A DNA stretch of 64,000 bases, from assembly GCA_049282655.1 (NCBI GenBank), contig JBAPUM010000112.1:2945-66944 (forward strand), in the 5' to 3' direction. The notes under the pieces are model-generated. The model ran no database searches. It was not told where the DNA came from and worked only from the letters and a program-made list of their open reading frames with translations. Position 1 is the stretch's first letter; each line of letters starts with the position of its first letter. Positions 45,500 through 54,838 of the stretch are shown here, in pieces. The DNA comes from Xanthobacteraceae bacterium (GTDB taxonomy: Bacteria > Pseudomonadota > Alphaproteobacteria > Rhizobiales > Xanthobacteraceae). A program made the position numbers and the translations under genes.

Positions 45500-46525
45500 A
45501 TGGTCGCCATCAAAGCTGCCGAGGTCGACGGCTTCATCGCGCGCCCCGATCCGGGGCGCCCGGTGGTGCTGGTGTTCGGTCCGGACGCCGGCCTCGTCAG
45601 CGAGCGCGTCAATGCTCTCATCAAAGCCTCGGTCGACGATCCGGGCGATCCGTTCGCGTTGGCCCGGCTCGAAGGCGAGGAAGTCAGTTCCGATCCGGCG
45701 CGGCTGGTCGAGGAGGCGCTGACCATTCCGCTGTTCGGTGGACGCCGCGCAGTGTGGCTGAAGGCCGGCGGCCGCAACATCGCGCCGGCGGTCGAAGCAC
45801 TGCTCGGCGCCGGCATTGCCGAATGCCGCGTGGTGATCGAGGCCGGCGATTTGCGCCGCAATGCGCCGCTGCGCAATCTCTGCGAACGCGCCAAGAATGC
45901 CGCGGCATTGCCGTGCTACGCCGACAGCGAGAAGGATCGCGCGCGGCTGATCGACGAGGAGTTGCGCGCCGCGGGCCTGACGCTCGCGTCCGACGCGCGG
46001 GCTTTGTTGATCCCGCTGCTCGGCGGCGACCGCGCGGCTTCCCGCAATGAAATCCAAAAGCTCACTCTCTACGCCCGCGGCCGCGCCGAGATCACCGTGG
46101 ACGATGTCATCGCCGTGGTGTCCGATGCCTCGGCGCTGGCGCTCGAAGACATCGTCGATGCGGCCTTCGCCGGCCGCCCTGCCGAACTCGAAGCTCAGCT
46201 CGCCAAGGCGCGGACCGCGGGCTCGAGTGCCGGGTCGATCTTGTTCAACGCCCAGCGCCAAGTGGCTCAGCTGCACAAATGGCGTACGGCCATCGAGGAA
46301 GGCGCATCATTCTCGCTCGACGCCGTGCAACCGCCGCTGCATTTTCGCCGCAAGGTGCTGGTCGAAGCCGCGCTGCGGCAGTGGAGTGCGGCGCGGCTCG
46401 TCGGCGCCATGGCCGAACTTGCCGGCGCAGTGCTGGAATCGCGGCGCAACTCGGCGCTGGCCGAGACCATTTCCGAGCGCGCGCTCTTGGCCATTGCCGC
46501 CAATGCGCGGCGCAGTGCTGCGTGA
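45500..46525 (+). CDS. holA: DNA polymerase III subunit delta
   Basis: The track ORF is over-extended. ATG 45500 gives MVAIKAAEVDGFIARPDPGRPVVLVFGPDAGLV, a typical HolA N-terminus. leuS-lptE-holA synteny. Confidence 0.9.
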   Translation: MVAIKAAEVDGFIARPDPGRPVVLVFGPDAGLVSERVNALIKASVDDPGDPFALARLEGEEVSSDPARLVEEALTIPLFGGRRAVWLKAGGRNIAPAVEALLGAGIAECRVVIEAGDLRRNAPLRNLCERAKNAAALPCYADSEKDRARLIDEELRAAGLTLASDARALLIPLLGGDRAASRNEIQKLTLYARGRAEITVDDVIAVVSDASALALEDIVDAAFAGRPAELEAQLAKARTAGSSAGSILFNAQRQVAQLHKWRTAIEEGASFSLDAVQPPLHFRRKVLVEAALRQWSAARLVGAMAELAGAVLESRRNSALAETISERALLAIAANARRSAA

Positions 46526-46533
46526 GCCAGACG

Positions 46534-46581
46534 CTGATCCAATTCTAATTCTATTGAATAGGATCAGGATCTAGATTTTTT
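46534..46581 (+). terminator. candidate terminator after holA: CTGATCC..GGATCAG stem, inner CTATT-G-AATAG hairpin, then a T6 run
   Basis: Read directly in the AT-rich 70-nt gap between convergent genes. The loop and spacer are long, so the structure is non-canonical. Confidence 0.35.
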
Positions 46582-46595
46582 GTAGAGGCGCCGGC

Positions 46596-47093
46596 TTATT
46601 GCCGGGGCGATCGCTCGGCTTCGCGCCCGCTCGATCCATCCGCGAGCTTGGTGCGCCCGACCAGCGACATTTTGGCGGCCGCGGCCGCAATCGTGTCGTG
46701 AACCACCAGATCGAAGTTGTCGTGCGCGGCGCGGTTTGTCGCCATGGCCGAGCGCATCGCGTCGACATCGAACGGCTCGGCGCGCAAGCTCCTGCGGACC
46801 GCCTCCTGCGACAGCCGCAGATCGGCCTGCGCGGTTGCCACTTTTTCGGCATCCCGCTGCAACTGCGCGCGCATGATTTCCGAGTCGGCCGGCGGCAAGC
46901 CGCTTGCGATACGCTCCAGCCGGCTCGCCAAGTTGTGATCGATCCGCGCCACCGTCGCCAATGGCACGGGACTGGTATAGCGGAGCGCCACGGCGCCCGC
47001 CGCGCCGACAAAAAACAGGTTAAGCGCCAACGAACCCAGCAGTAACCACTGCATCCGGGCGCCGCCTTCGATTTTCGGTAGGATAGACATCAT
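46596..47093 (-). CDS. periplasmic Spy/CpxP-like (heavy-metal-sensor family) protein, tentative
   Basis: 165 aa. N-terminal anchor WLLLGSLALNLFFVGAAGAVAL followed by helical Arg/Ala-rich repeats. Family assignment is from memory of similar alphaproteobacterial proteins. Confidence 0.5.
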   Translation of the reverse strand: MMSILPKIEGGARMQWLLLGSLALNLFFVGAAGAVALRYTSPVPLATVARIDHNLASRLERIASGLPPADSEIMRAQLQRDAEKVATAQADLRLSQEAVRRSLRAEPFDVDAMRSAMATNRAAHDNFDLVVHDTIAAAAAKMSLVGRTKLADGSSGREAERSPRQ

Positions 47094-47200
47094 CGCCCTC
47101 GCTCTGTCTAACGACCCAAGCGTTACCGGCCGAAATAGGCCGTTGCAAGCGGCAAGTCACACCGCCGCCCCATGCCATGGAGGGTGATTTAAAGCGAAAT

Positions 47201-48505
47201 TTATGTCGGATTTTCGAGGCTGAACGTGCCGGAATCGTCGTCATACGCGAAGGCTTCGGCGTAACGTCCCCAGGCGGTGACCGCGCGCAGCGTGTGCTCC
47301 GCGTCCTCCGTGGTCATGTGATCTTCCAGCTCGTCGAAAAAGCGGCTCTTCGGCGCGACATGATTGGCGCGTTCCTGCAACACATGACGGATGTGCGCGG
47401 CGAGCGGCACGTAGGTCAGCGTTTGGCGCTGGAACAGCTTCTTGCGGTCGTCGGTCCCCAATTCGGCGAACTGTTTGCCGACATCGGTGAGCCTGATATC
47501 GCCGCCTTCGATCTCGGCAAAGCGCAATATCTGCAGCGCGTCGGCGACCGGGAACAGTTCGTCCGCTTCCATCGCGATCTCGCCGGCCAGCACCGGCAAG
47601 TCGGCTTTGCCGTTGAAGGGCGATGCCGCGAGCGCCTCGATCAGTCCCGAGAGCACGTTGGCCGAAACCCGGGGCAATACGGTGTTGATGGTAATCGTGG
47701 GGGCGCGTTCGGCGACGGCGCCGATCTGCGGGGTGACCTGCTTGCGCGCGGTCATCGCCACGTAGATTTTTTCGACCATGTCATGGAACTGCGGATCGAG
47801 GCGGTTGCGCGGCTGTTTCAGATCGACGGGGATTTCGCTGATGATGCGTCCGGGGTTGGTGGAGAACAAAAGGATGCGGTCGCACATCAGCACCGCTTCC
47901 TCGATATTGTGCGTCACCAGGATCACGCCTTTGATCGGCAGCTTGCCTTCGCCCCAAAGCTCGAGGAAGTCCGTGCGCAGCGTCTCCGCGGTCAAAACGT
48001 CGAGCGCCGAGAACGGCTCGTCCATGAGCAGGATATTGGGATGGACGACGAGCGCCCGGGCAAAGCCGACGCGCTGGCGCATACCGCCGGACAGTTCGCG
48101 CGGATAGGCCGATTCGTAGCCGTCCAAGCCGATCAGATCGATTCCCGCCAAGGCGCGCTTTCGGATTTCCGTCTCGGGCAGGCCGAGCGCTTCGAGGCCG
48201 AGCTGCACGTTCTCCAGCACCGTCAGCCAGGGAAACAGCGCGAAGGATTGGAACACCATGGCGATGCCGGGCGCGGGACCGTTCACCGGCTGGCCCAGAT
48301 AGGTGACGGTTCCGCCCGATGGCGGCGCGAGACCCGCGATCAAGCGCAGCAGTGTCGACTTCCCCGATCCAGTGCGGCCCAAGAGGCCGACGATCTGGCC
48401 CTGCACCAAGGTCAGTTCGACGTTGTCGAGCACCAGATGCTCGGCGCCATCGGCGCGCGGAAACGAGTGGCGAAGCGCATGAATGTCGAGAAGAGCGGCG
48501 GTCAT
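47201..48505 (-). CDS. ABC ATP-binding protein (NitT/TauT type) with an extra C-terminal domain of about 190 aa (AAA-associated type)
   Basis: ATG 48505 with AGAGGA SD, 10 nt after the permease stop. Walker A GRTGSGKST, LSGGMRQRVGFARAL, LLMDEPFSALD. A non-ABC C-terminal domain follows (..NGKADLPVLAGEIAMEADELFPVADALQILRFAE..). Confidence 0.88.
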   Translation of the reverse strand: MTAALLDIHALRHSFPRADGAEHLVLDNVELTLVQGQIVGLLGRTGSGKSTLLRLIAGLAPPSGGTVTYLGQPVNGPAPGIAMVFQSFALFPWLTVLENVQLGLEALGLPETEIRKRALAGIDLIGLDGYESAYPRELSGGMRQRVGFARALVVHPNILLMDEPFSALDVLTAETLRTDFLELWGEGKLPIKGVILVTHNIEEAVLMCDRILLFSTNPGRIISEIPVDLKQPRNRLDPQFHDMVEKIYVAMTARKQVTPQIGAVAERAPTITINTVLPRVSANVLSGLIEALAASPFNGKADLPVLAGEIAMEADELFPVADALQILRFAEIEGGDIRLTDVGKQFAELGTDDRKKLFQRQTLTYVPLAAHIRHVLQERANHVAPKSRFFDELEDHMTTEDAEHTLRAVTAWGRYAEAFAYDDDSGTFSLENPT

Positions 48506-48515
48506 ATGATCCTCT

Positions 48516-50333
48516 TCACAGCCGGAATTTGCGCTCCGCATAGGCATAGAGCGGACGCCAGAACACGCGATTGATGACGACCACGAACAGGCTCATGATC
48601 GCAATACCCAGCACGATGCGATGGAAATCGCCGGCATCGGTCTGTTGCGCAATATAGGCGCCAAGCCCTTTGGCCTGCAGGTGCTCGTCACCCCAGGACG
48701 CCACTTCCGCTACAATGCTCGCGTTCCACGATCCGCCCGAGGCCGTGATCGCGCCGGTGACGTAATAGGGCATCACGGCGGGCAGCGCGATGCGGCGCCA
48801 CCACAGCCAGCCGCGCACCCGCAGGTTCACGCCCACGGCCTTCAGCTCTGCCGGTATGGCGGCGGCGCCGGCGATGACATTGAACAGAATGTACCACTGC
48901 GTGCCGAGGATCATCAGCGGCGACAGCCAGATGTCCGGACTGAGCTTCCAGGCAACGATCAGTGAGACCACGATCGGGAATAAAAGATTGGCGGGAAACG
49001 CGGCCAGAAACTGGGCGATCGGCTGCACGATCACCGCGGCGCTCGGCCGCGTCCCGACCCAGACGCCGATCGGCACCCAGATGATGCTGGCGATTGCGAT
49101 GAGGACTGTGACGCGCGCGAGTGTCGCTAGCCCGAGCAGGAGGACGAGCCCCACGTCGGCAAGCGTGATGCCTTCCACGGCGAAACTGAGCACCTGCCAC
49201 GCCGCTACCGCGGCAAGCGCGCCGACGATCACGCTCAATTGGAAGGCGATCCAGCCGGTCCTTCCCGGCGGTGAGCCCGCCGCAGGCGCCGGCTTGCCGA
49301 CACGCCGCGGTCGCAGCGTGAGCCGCCACAAGACCGCGAGCGGCGCCGTCAGCCGTTCGATGATCCGCGATCGCCGCAGCACATCGAACACCCAAGATCC
49401 CGGCGGCACGCCGCCCGCTTCCTGCTCGAAGCGGAAGCGGTCGGCCCACGCCACCAAAGGCCGGAACAGAATCTGGTCGTAGATGAAGATCACGATCAGC
49501 ATGGCGCCGATCGCCCAACAGACCGCCACGAGATCGCGGCGCTCGATGGCGAGCGCGATATAGGAGCCGATGCCCGGCAAAGTCACCGTCGTATTGCCGA
49601 CGCTGATCGCTTCGGAGGCGACGACGAAGAACCAGCTGCCCGACATCGACATCATCATGTTCCAGATGAGCTGCGGCATGGCGAAGGGCACGTCGAGCCG
49701 CCAGAAACTCATCCATCGGCTCAGGTGGAAATTGCGCGACGCTTCTTCGAGTTCGGTCGGTACGGTGCGCAGCGATTGATAGAAGCTGAACGCCATGTTC
49801 CAGGCCTGGCTTGTGAAAATCGCGAAGATCGCCGCGAATTCGGCGCCGAGCACACGTCCCGGCGCCAGGGCCATGAAGAACACCACCGTGACCGAGATGA
49901 AGCCGAGGATCGGCACCGATTGCAAAATGTCGAGCAGCGGAACGAGCAGTCGCTCCGCCTTCTTGTTCTTGGCGGCAAGCGTCGCATAGGTGAAGGTGAA
50001 GATGAGCGACAGCACCATCGCGATCAGCATGCGCAGCGTGGTGCGCGCGGCATATTCCGGAAGATTGCGCGGATCGAGCGACGGGGGCTGCTGCTGCAGA
50101 TCGGTCAGCGGCTCGAGCAGATGGCGGCTCGCCTCGCCCAGAAACACCAAAAGACCGAGGATCAAGAGCACCGCGACCGCGTCCCAGCGGGTGAATAATC
50201 GAGCGAACCCACCGGCGGAAATTGGGACGATAACTCGCATGTTTTCGCGCCCGGTCATCGCGGATTTGTCATGGAATCGTCGTAAAAATCGCGGCCCCGA
50301 AGCCGTCCGAGAAAGCAACCAGACGGTACCCAA
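48516..50333 (-). CDS. ABC permease, duplicated (two fused transmembrane domains)
   Basis: About 600 aa, roughly twice the length of the other permeases here, and hydrophobic throughout. The start is uncertain: TTG 50333 in the track, with in-frame ATGs at 50258 and 50240. Confidence 0.85.
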   Translation of the reverse strand: MGTVWLLSRTASGPRFLRRFHDKSAMTGRENMRVIVPISAGGFARLFTRWDAVAVLLILGLLVFLGEASRHLLEPLTDLQQQPPSLDPRNLPEYAARTTLRMLIAMVLSLIFTFTYATLAAKNKKAERLLVPLLDILQSVPILGFISVTVVFFMALAPGRVLGAEFAAIFAIFTSQAWNMAFSFYQSLRTVPTELEEASRNFHLSRWMSFWRLDVPFAMPQLIWNMMMSMSGSWFFVVASEAISVGNTTVTLPGIGSYIALAIERRDLVAVCWAIGAMLIVIFIYDQILFRPLVAWADRFRFEQEAGGVPPGSWVFDVLRRSRIIERLTAPLAVLWRLTLRPRRVGKPAPAAGSPPGRTGWIAFQLSVIVGALAAVAAWQVLSFAVEGITLADVGLVLLLGLATLARVTVLIAIASIIWVPIGVWVGTRPSAAVIVQPIAQFLAAFPANLLFPIVVSLIVAWKLSPDIWLSPLMILGTQWYILFNVIAGAAAIPAELKAVGVNLRVRGWLWWRRIALPAVMPYYVTGAITASGGSWNASIVAEVASWGDEHLQAKGLGAYIAQQTDAGDFHRIVLGIAIMSLFVVVINRVFWRPLYAYAERKFRL

Positions 50334-50483
50334 AGACCACGAAACGAGGCGTGAACTCGTCGCGATCCCATATCATTAGCGGTACGGTGTTCAAACCTTT
50401 TTGCAAACTCTATTCGGACTAGGGCGTTTTTTTCGCGACCGAGTATCGCGGCCATCACACCCCCGACGCGAAAGCCGCCACCC

Positions 50484-51683
50484 CTACGATGCCGCTATCG
50501 CGCGCGGGGTCGCGCCAATAAGCCGCGCGCCAAACGGTAGACGCTGGACGGCCGCGGTGGTGACGAGGCTCAGGACCAGCGTGCCACCAAAGACGATCGC
50601 GGCCTTGATCACAGCGAACAGCGGCGTGGCGAGCAGCGCGTATTGCAACCAGACGACAAAAACGTAGTGCACCAGGTAAACGCCGTAGGCGTTGGCGGCG
50701 AAGTAGCCGAGCATCCGCGACGGCGCGGTCGCGAACCGCAAACAGACCGCGATCAGAAAAAAGCAGCCGGCGGCACAAGCGATCACGTAGCTGAGCGCGG
50801 TGACGATGTCGGCGCCAAGCGAGTCGTAGCCGTACATCGTCAATCCGGTCATTCCCATCCAGACGAACAGCGAGACGAGCGCTGCCGCGAGCAATTGGGC
50901 CCAATGCCGTGGTAAAACGCCGTCGGCGGCAAGAAGGCCCCGCTCGATTCCCGTCGCGCCGAGGCCTACGCCGGCGAAGAAGTAAACCGCATACTGCAGG
51001 GGACGGCAAAATTGCAGGCCAAGGTACCCGGTATCGGCCCATGCCCATGGCGTGAACACGAGCGCGAGCGGTACGTAAGCCAATGCCGAGGCGATCAGGA
51101 GAATGCTGAAATAGCGCACGGGATTTTTGCCGGCCGCTGCCGACCAACGGCCGAGCGCCGGCAGCGCGCCCGGAGCGATCATATTCAGTCCGACCGCAAG
51201 CACATTCAGCGCCAGGAGCTGCCAGACAAACCACAGCGGCCCGTTGTGCCAATAGGGCAGTGCGAGCAGACTGTGCCAATAGGCGGCGACACTCGGATCG
51301 ACCGCCATGACGCGGTAGGACGGATAGATTGCGACCGGAATGAGAACGGCTATGCCGAAAAGATATGGAATCCCGAGCCTCAGCATGCGATCGCGCAAGA
51401 ACGCCCGCTCTTTCTTCCGATTAAGACTCGGCCAGACGAACAGTCCGGACAGAAAGAACAAGAGCGACATCAGGTAAATGTCCTGCCAGGCGCAGAACAG
51501 ATCGAAGCCGAAAAAACGGTGACTATCGACGATCGGAAGCGAACGCCAATTATAGGGCGGCTGATTGAAATCTGACCCGCGGGCCGGTGTCGATTGCAGA
51601 TAAGCCAGCGTCGAGTGGACGGCGAGCACAATCAGGATGACGATGCCGCGCAGATTGTCGAGCGCCACGCTGGTGCGCGGCAT
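50484..51683 (-). CDS. acyltransferase 3 family membrane protein
   Basis: N-terminus MPRTSVALDNLRGIVILIVLAVHS is the family hallmark (LD.LRG...H). About 10 TM. The track ORF starts at TTG 51740. Confidence 0.82.
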   Translation of the reverse strand: MPRTSVALDNLRGIVILIVLAVHSTLAYLQSTPARGSDFNQPPYNWRSLPIVDSHRFFGFDLFCAWQDIYLMSLLFFLSGLFVWPSLNRKKERAFLRDRMLRLGIPYLFGIAVLIPVAIYPSYRVMAVDPSVAAYWHSLLALPYWHNGPLWFVWQLLALNVLAVGLNMIAPGALPALGRWSAAAGKNPVRYFSILLIASALAYVPLALVFTPWAWADTGYLGLQFCRPLQYAVYFFAGVGLGATGIERGLLAADGVLPRHWAQLLAAALVSLFVWMGMTGLTMYGYDSLGADIVTALSYVIACAAGCFFLIAVCLRFATAPSRMLGYFAANAYGVYLVHYVFVVWLQYALLATPLFAVIKAAIVFGGTLVLSLVTTAAVQRLPFGARLIGATPRAIAAS

Positions 51684-51883
51684 CGTGCCTGATTGGGAAC
51701 AAGGCACGGAACCGGATCGCCGCATTAGCTCTAGGTCCAATCGTTTGAGATGAGGTGTCGTCAGGACCCGATCATGGGGAGTTCAGGCGGGTGAGGCAAG
51801 CATACCGCGTCCTTAAATCACCGCATTGTGGAAGCACGGTTCCGGCATGATCGTGGCTGAGCCCGTTCTTGATAACATTGGCA

Positions 51884-52522
51884 ATGGAGAACCCCTTGTC
51901 GGTCTCAAAAAAATTGGCGATCGCTGGACTGATTGGCCTGGTGGCGACGGGACTGATGACGGGGCTGGTAGCGCCGGCCGCCGCCCAACTCATGACCGCC
52001 GCGCCTGCCCCGCAACCCGCCGTGACAGGCCTGTGGCAAAAAATCGACGAGGAAACCGGCAACCCGGTCGGCTGGTTTCTCTTCGTCGCGCGCGATGACG
52101 TCTACGAGGGCGTCATTGCAAAAATGTTCCCGCGCCCCAACGATGACAGAGACCCCATCTGTTCGAGTTGTCGCGACGATCGCAAAAACGCGCCGCTCCT
52201 CGGCCTGCCGTTGATCAGGGACATGAAAAGGAACGGCTTGGTTTATCAGGGCGGCAATATCCTCGATCCGCGCGACGGCAATATTTATAGCGCGATGATG
52301 ACGGTGAGCCCGGACGGCGAGGCTCTGACCGTGCGCGGTTATCTTGGGATTGCTTTATTCGGCCGGGACGAAACCTGGCATCGGCTGCCCGACACTGCGG
52401 TCAAGGAACTCGATCCGGCCGTGATCTCCACCTATTTGCCGGATGCGGCCAAGAGCGGCGCCGCGAAAGCGAACGCGCGGCATCCGGAGAAGACCGCGAA
52501 GTCGGGAAGCACGATTCGCTAG
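51884..52522 (+). CDS. DUF2147 domain-containing secreted protein
   Basis: Signal peptide, then [45 protein letters not shown], typical of DUF2147. Confidence 0.75.
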   Translation: MENPLSVSKKLAIAGLIGLVATGLMTGLVAPAAAQLMTAAPAPQPAVTGLWQKIDEETGNPVGWFLFVARDDVYEGVIAKMFPRPNDDRDPICSSCRDDRKNAPLLGLPLIRDMKRNGLVYQGGNILDPRDGNIYSAMMTVSPDGEALTVRGYLGIALFGRDETWHRLPDTAVKELDPAVISTYLPDAAKSGAAKANARHPEKTAKSGSTIR

Positions 52523-52535
52523 CAACATTCCCGAC

Positions 52536-52877
52536 TTATTCGATGACGCCGAATTCGCAACCCCGCTCGGCATATTGATAGCGCGGCACGCCGTAATGGT
52601 CCTGCGCGATGACTGGGCGGCAGCGCGCTTCCCATTTTTTATCACGCTGCGCAGAGCGAGCCCGTTCGGCGTCGTCGGCCGGTTCCGGCACCTTCCTGAT
52701 ATAGGGATCGGTCGCGTCACCCCAGCGGGCGACACAGTTCAGTCCACTTTGCCCGCCGACACAGCCGCCGACGATAATTCCGTCCGCATAGGCCGCGCTC
52801 CAGATCAACCCCAACGTCATGACCGACAACGCCACCGCCGCGCTAAACCGCGCAGCTGGTCGCGTGGCTAATGCCAT
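52536..52877 (-). CDS. small secreted Cys-containing hypothetical protein
   Basis: ATG 52877 gives the signal peptide MALATRPAARFSAAVALSVMTLGLIWSAAYA. The mature part has 4 Cys. Confidence 0.55.
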   Translation of the reverse strand: MALATRPAARFSAAVALSVMTLGLIWSAAYADGIIVGGCVGGQSGLNCVARWGDATDPYIRKVPEPADDAERARSAQRDKKWEARCRPVIAQDHYGVPRYQYAERGCEFGVIE

Positions 52878-53101
52878 TCCGACACAGCGAAAAGTTAACA
52901 CCGCTCTCTCCCTTAAGCGCGCGGTCGATCGGCTGAGATCGCTCGGCGCTCCGCTTCGCCCATTTGCTCATGTGGCCGGGAGACGGATGTCGTTCCGGAA
53001 CATGCGCACACCTCGGGCGAACAGTGAGCAAGGGCGGTGCCAGCGGATTTGCCCTGTTTTGGGACAGGCGCGTCGGCGCGAACAGATGATGGGTTTGGAT
53101 C

Positions 53102-54838
53102 TCAGCGCCGGATGATGATCGACGACGGCAGCCGGCGTTGTTCCCAGCCGGCCTGCTCGAGTTCGGGGATGGTGTCGTCGGCCTGCGGGTAGCCGAGACA
53201 GAAATAGCCGATGAATTTCCACTCCGCCGGAACGTTAAGGATACCGGCGACCGCTACGGGATCGAGGATCGACACCCAGCCCATGCCGACGCCTTGCGCG
53301 CGCGCGGCAAGCCAAATCGTATGCACCGCCGTTACGGTGGAGTAGTCGATCATTTCCGGCATGGTGTGACGTCCAAGGCCGTGACCCTGCGCGGTCGAGC
53401 GATCGGCGAAAACCGCAAAATGCGACGGCGCTTCTTCCAGCCCCGCAAGCTTGAGCCGCGCGTAAAGGCTGGCGCGCTGCGGCGATTGCGCGGCAAGCGC
53501 TTCGGCGTTGCAGGCTTCGAAGTTCTTTCTGATCGCTAATCGGACTGCGCCATCCTCGACGATGACGAAGCGCCACGGCTGGCTCAGTCCGACCGACGGC
53601 GCCAGGCCCGCCTGTTCGATAAGAGCTTCCAAGGTTCCGGTGGGCAGCGCATCGCGCCGGAAACGCCGTACGTCCCGCCGCCACATCAGAAGATCGCGCA
53701 AGCGCGTGCGGAACGCGTGATCGAACTGGATCCCTTGCGCCGCGACCGGCGCCGATAATTCGACCCGTCTGATTTGCGGGCTGGGACCCCGGTCGCGCCA
53801 AGCCGACAGCGCTTCCTCCAGCCGTTGCCAATCCGCTTCCGCCGCCGGCAAACCGAACCGCAGCCACGTCGGCTGCTCGGCAAAGGCGCGCGCCAGGATT
53901 CCGGCGCGTCCGAGATGGCGAAACAATTCGGCCGCAGCCGTCGTGCATACCAGCCGGAACAATGCGGTGCCGCCCAGAATTTCCAGACCGCATTCACGAA
54001 GCAGCGCATCAAGCCGCGCCGAGGCTTGCGCGAGCCGGCGCCTTGTCAACTCGATCCAACCGGCATCGATGAGGGCCTGCGAACCGATCGCAATCGCCGG
54101 TCCGGAAACAGCCCAGGGGCCGAGTTGCGCTTCTAGTCTCGGAGCGAGCGGCGGCGCCGCAAGCGCGAAGCCGAGCCGCAAACCGGCAAGCCCGAAAAAT
54201 TTACCGAACGAGCGCAGCACGACGATATTGCCGCATGAAACGTCGCCGGCGAGGCTCGCTTCGGCCGGCCCGACATCCATGAAGGCCTCATCGACCACCA
54301 GAATGCCGCCCCGCGCGTGCAATTGCTTGGCGATGGCGAGCAAGTCGGGCTTCGCGAACAGCCGACCGTCCGGATTGTTTGGATTGGTGACGACAACAAG
54401 CCCGGCATCGCCGCCGACAGCAAGATCGCACACCTCTGTAACCGCATGGCCGGCCAGCGACGCCGCCCGGCTGTGCTCCGAATAAGTCGGTGCCACGATG
54501 GCCGCGCGGCCCGGCCGAGCAAGGCCGGCAACAAGCGGCAGTAAAATTTGGCTGCCGGGCGCCGCGACCACATGGGCGGTCGACGGCGCCCCATAGGCCC
54601 TCGCGGCGGCGTCCTTGAGGGCCGCCAAGGCGTCCGCCTCCGGCAGACGCGCGAAGGATTCCGCAGCGAGATCGGGTAGCGGATAGGGAATAGGATTGAT
54701 CCCGGTCGAAAGGTCGATGAAAGGTTCCGGCGCGCCGGCAAACAGGCGGCGGGCGGCGCCGACGTCGCCGCCGTGAAGCGGCGATTCATCGCCGGCACCG
54801 AAGGGGATCATGTCTGCCGCATTAGCGCTTGTCGCCAT
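53102..54838 (-). CDS. bluB: fusion protein: L-threonine-O-3-phosphate decarboxylase (CobC/CobD-type aminotransferase fold) + 5,6-dimethylbenzimidazole synthase (BluB)
   Basis: Single uninterrupted 578-aa ORF. N-terminal half: HGGD..FIDLSTGINP and the PLP-lysine motif RSFGKFFGLAGLRLGF. C-terminal 207 aa: a nitroreductase-fold BluB that aligns by eye with known BluB (RRDVRRF..PSVGLSQPW.F..V....LKL.G..EAP....TV.AV...WLAARA.GVG.GWVSI). The start could also be ATG 54811. Confidence 0.88.
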   Translation of the reverse strand: MATSANAADMIPFGAGDESPLHGGDVGAARRLFAGAPEPFIDLSTGINPIPYPLPDLAAESFARLPEADALAALKDAAARAYGAPSTAHVVAAPGSQILLPLVAGLARPGRAAIVAPTYSEHSRAASLAGHAVTEVCDLAVGGDAGLVVVTNPNNPDGRLFAKPDLLAIAKQLHARGGILVVDEAFMDVGPAEASLAGDVSCGNIVVLRSFGKFFGLAGLRLGFALAAPPLAPRLEAQLGPWAVSGPAIAIGSQALIDAGWIELTRRRLAQASARLDALLRECGLEILGGTALFRLVCTTAAAELFRHLGRAGILARAFAEQPTWLRFGLPAAEADWQRLEEALSAWRDRGPSPQIRRVELSAPVAAQGIQFDHAFRTRLRDLLMWRRDVRRFRRDALPTGTLEALIEQAGLAPSVGLSQPWRFVIVEDGAVRLAIRKNFEACNAEALAAQSPQRASLYARLKLAGLEEAPSHFAVFADRSTAQGHGLGRHTMPEMIDYSTVTAVHTIWLAARAQGVGMGWVSILDPVAVAGILNVPAEWKFIGYFCLGYPQADDTIPELEQAGWEQRRLPSSIIIRR

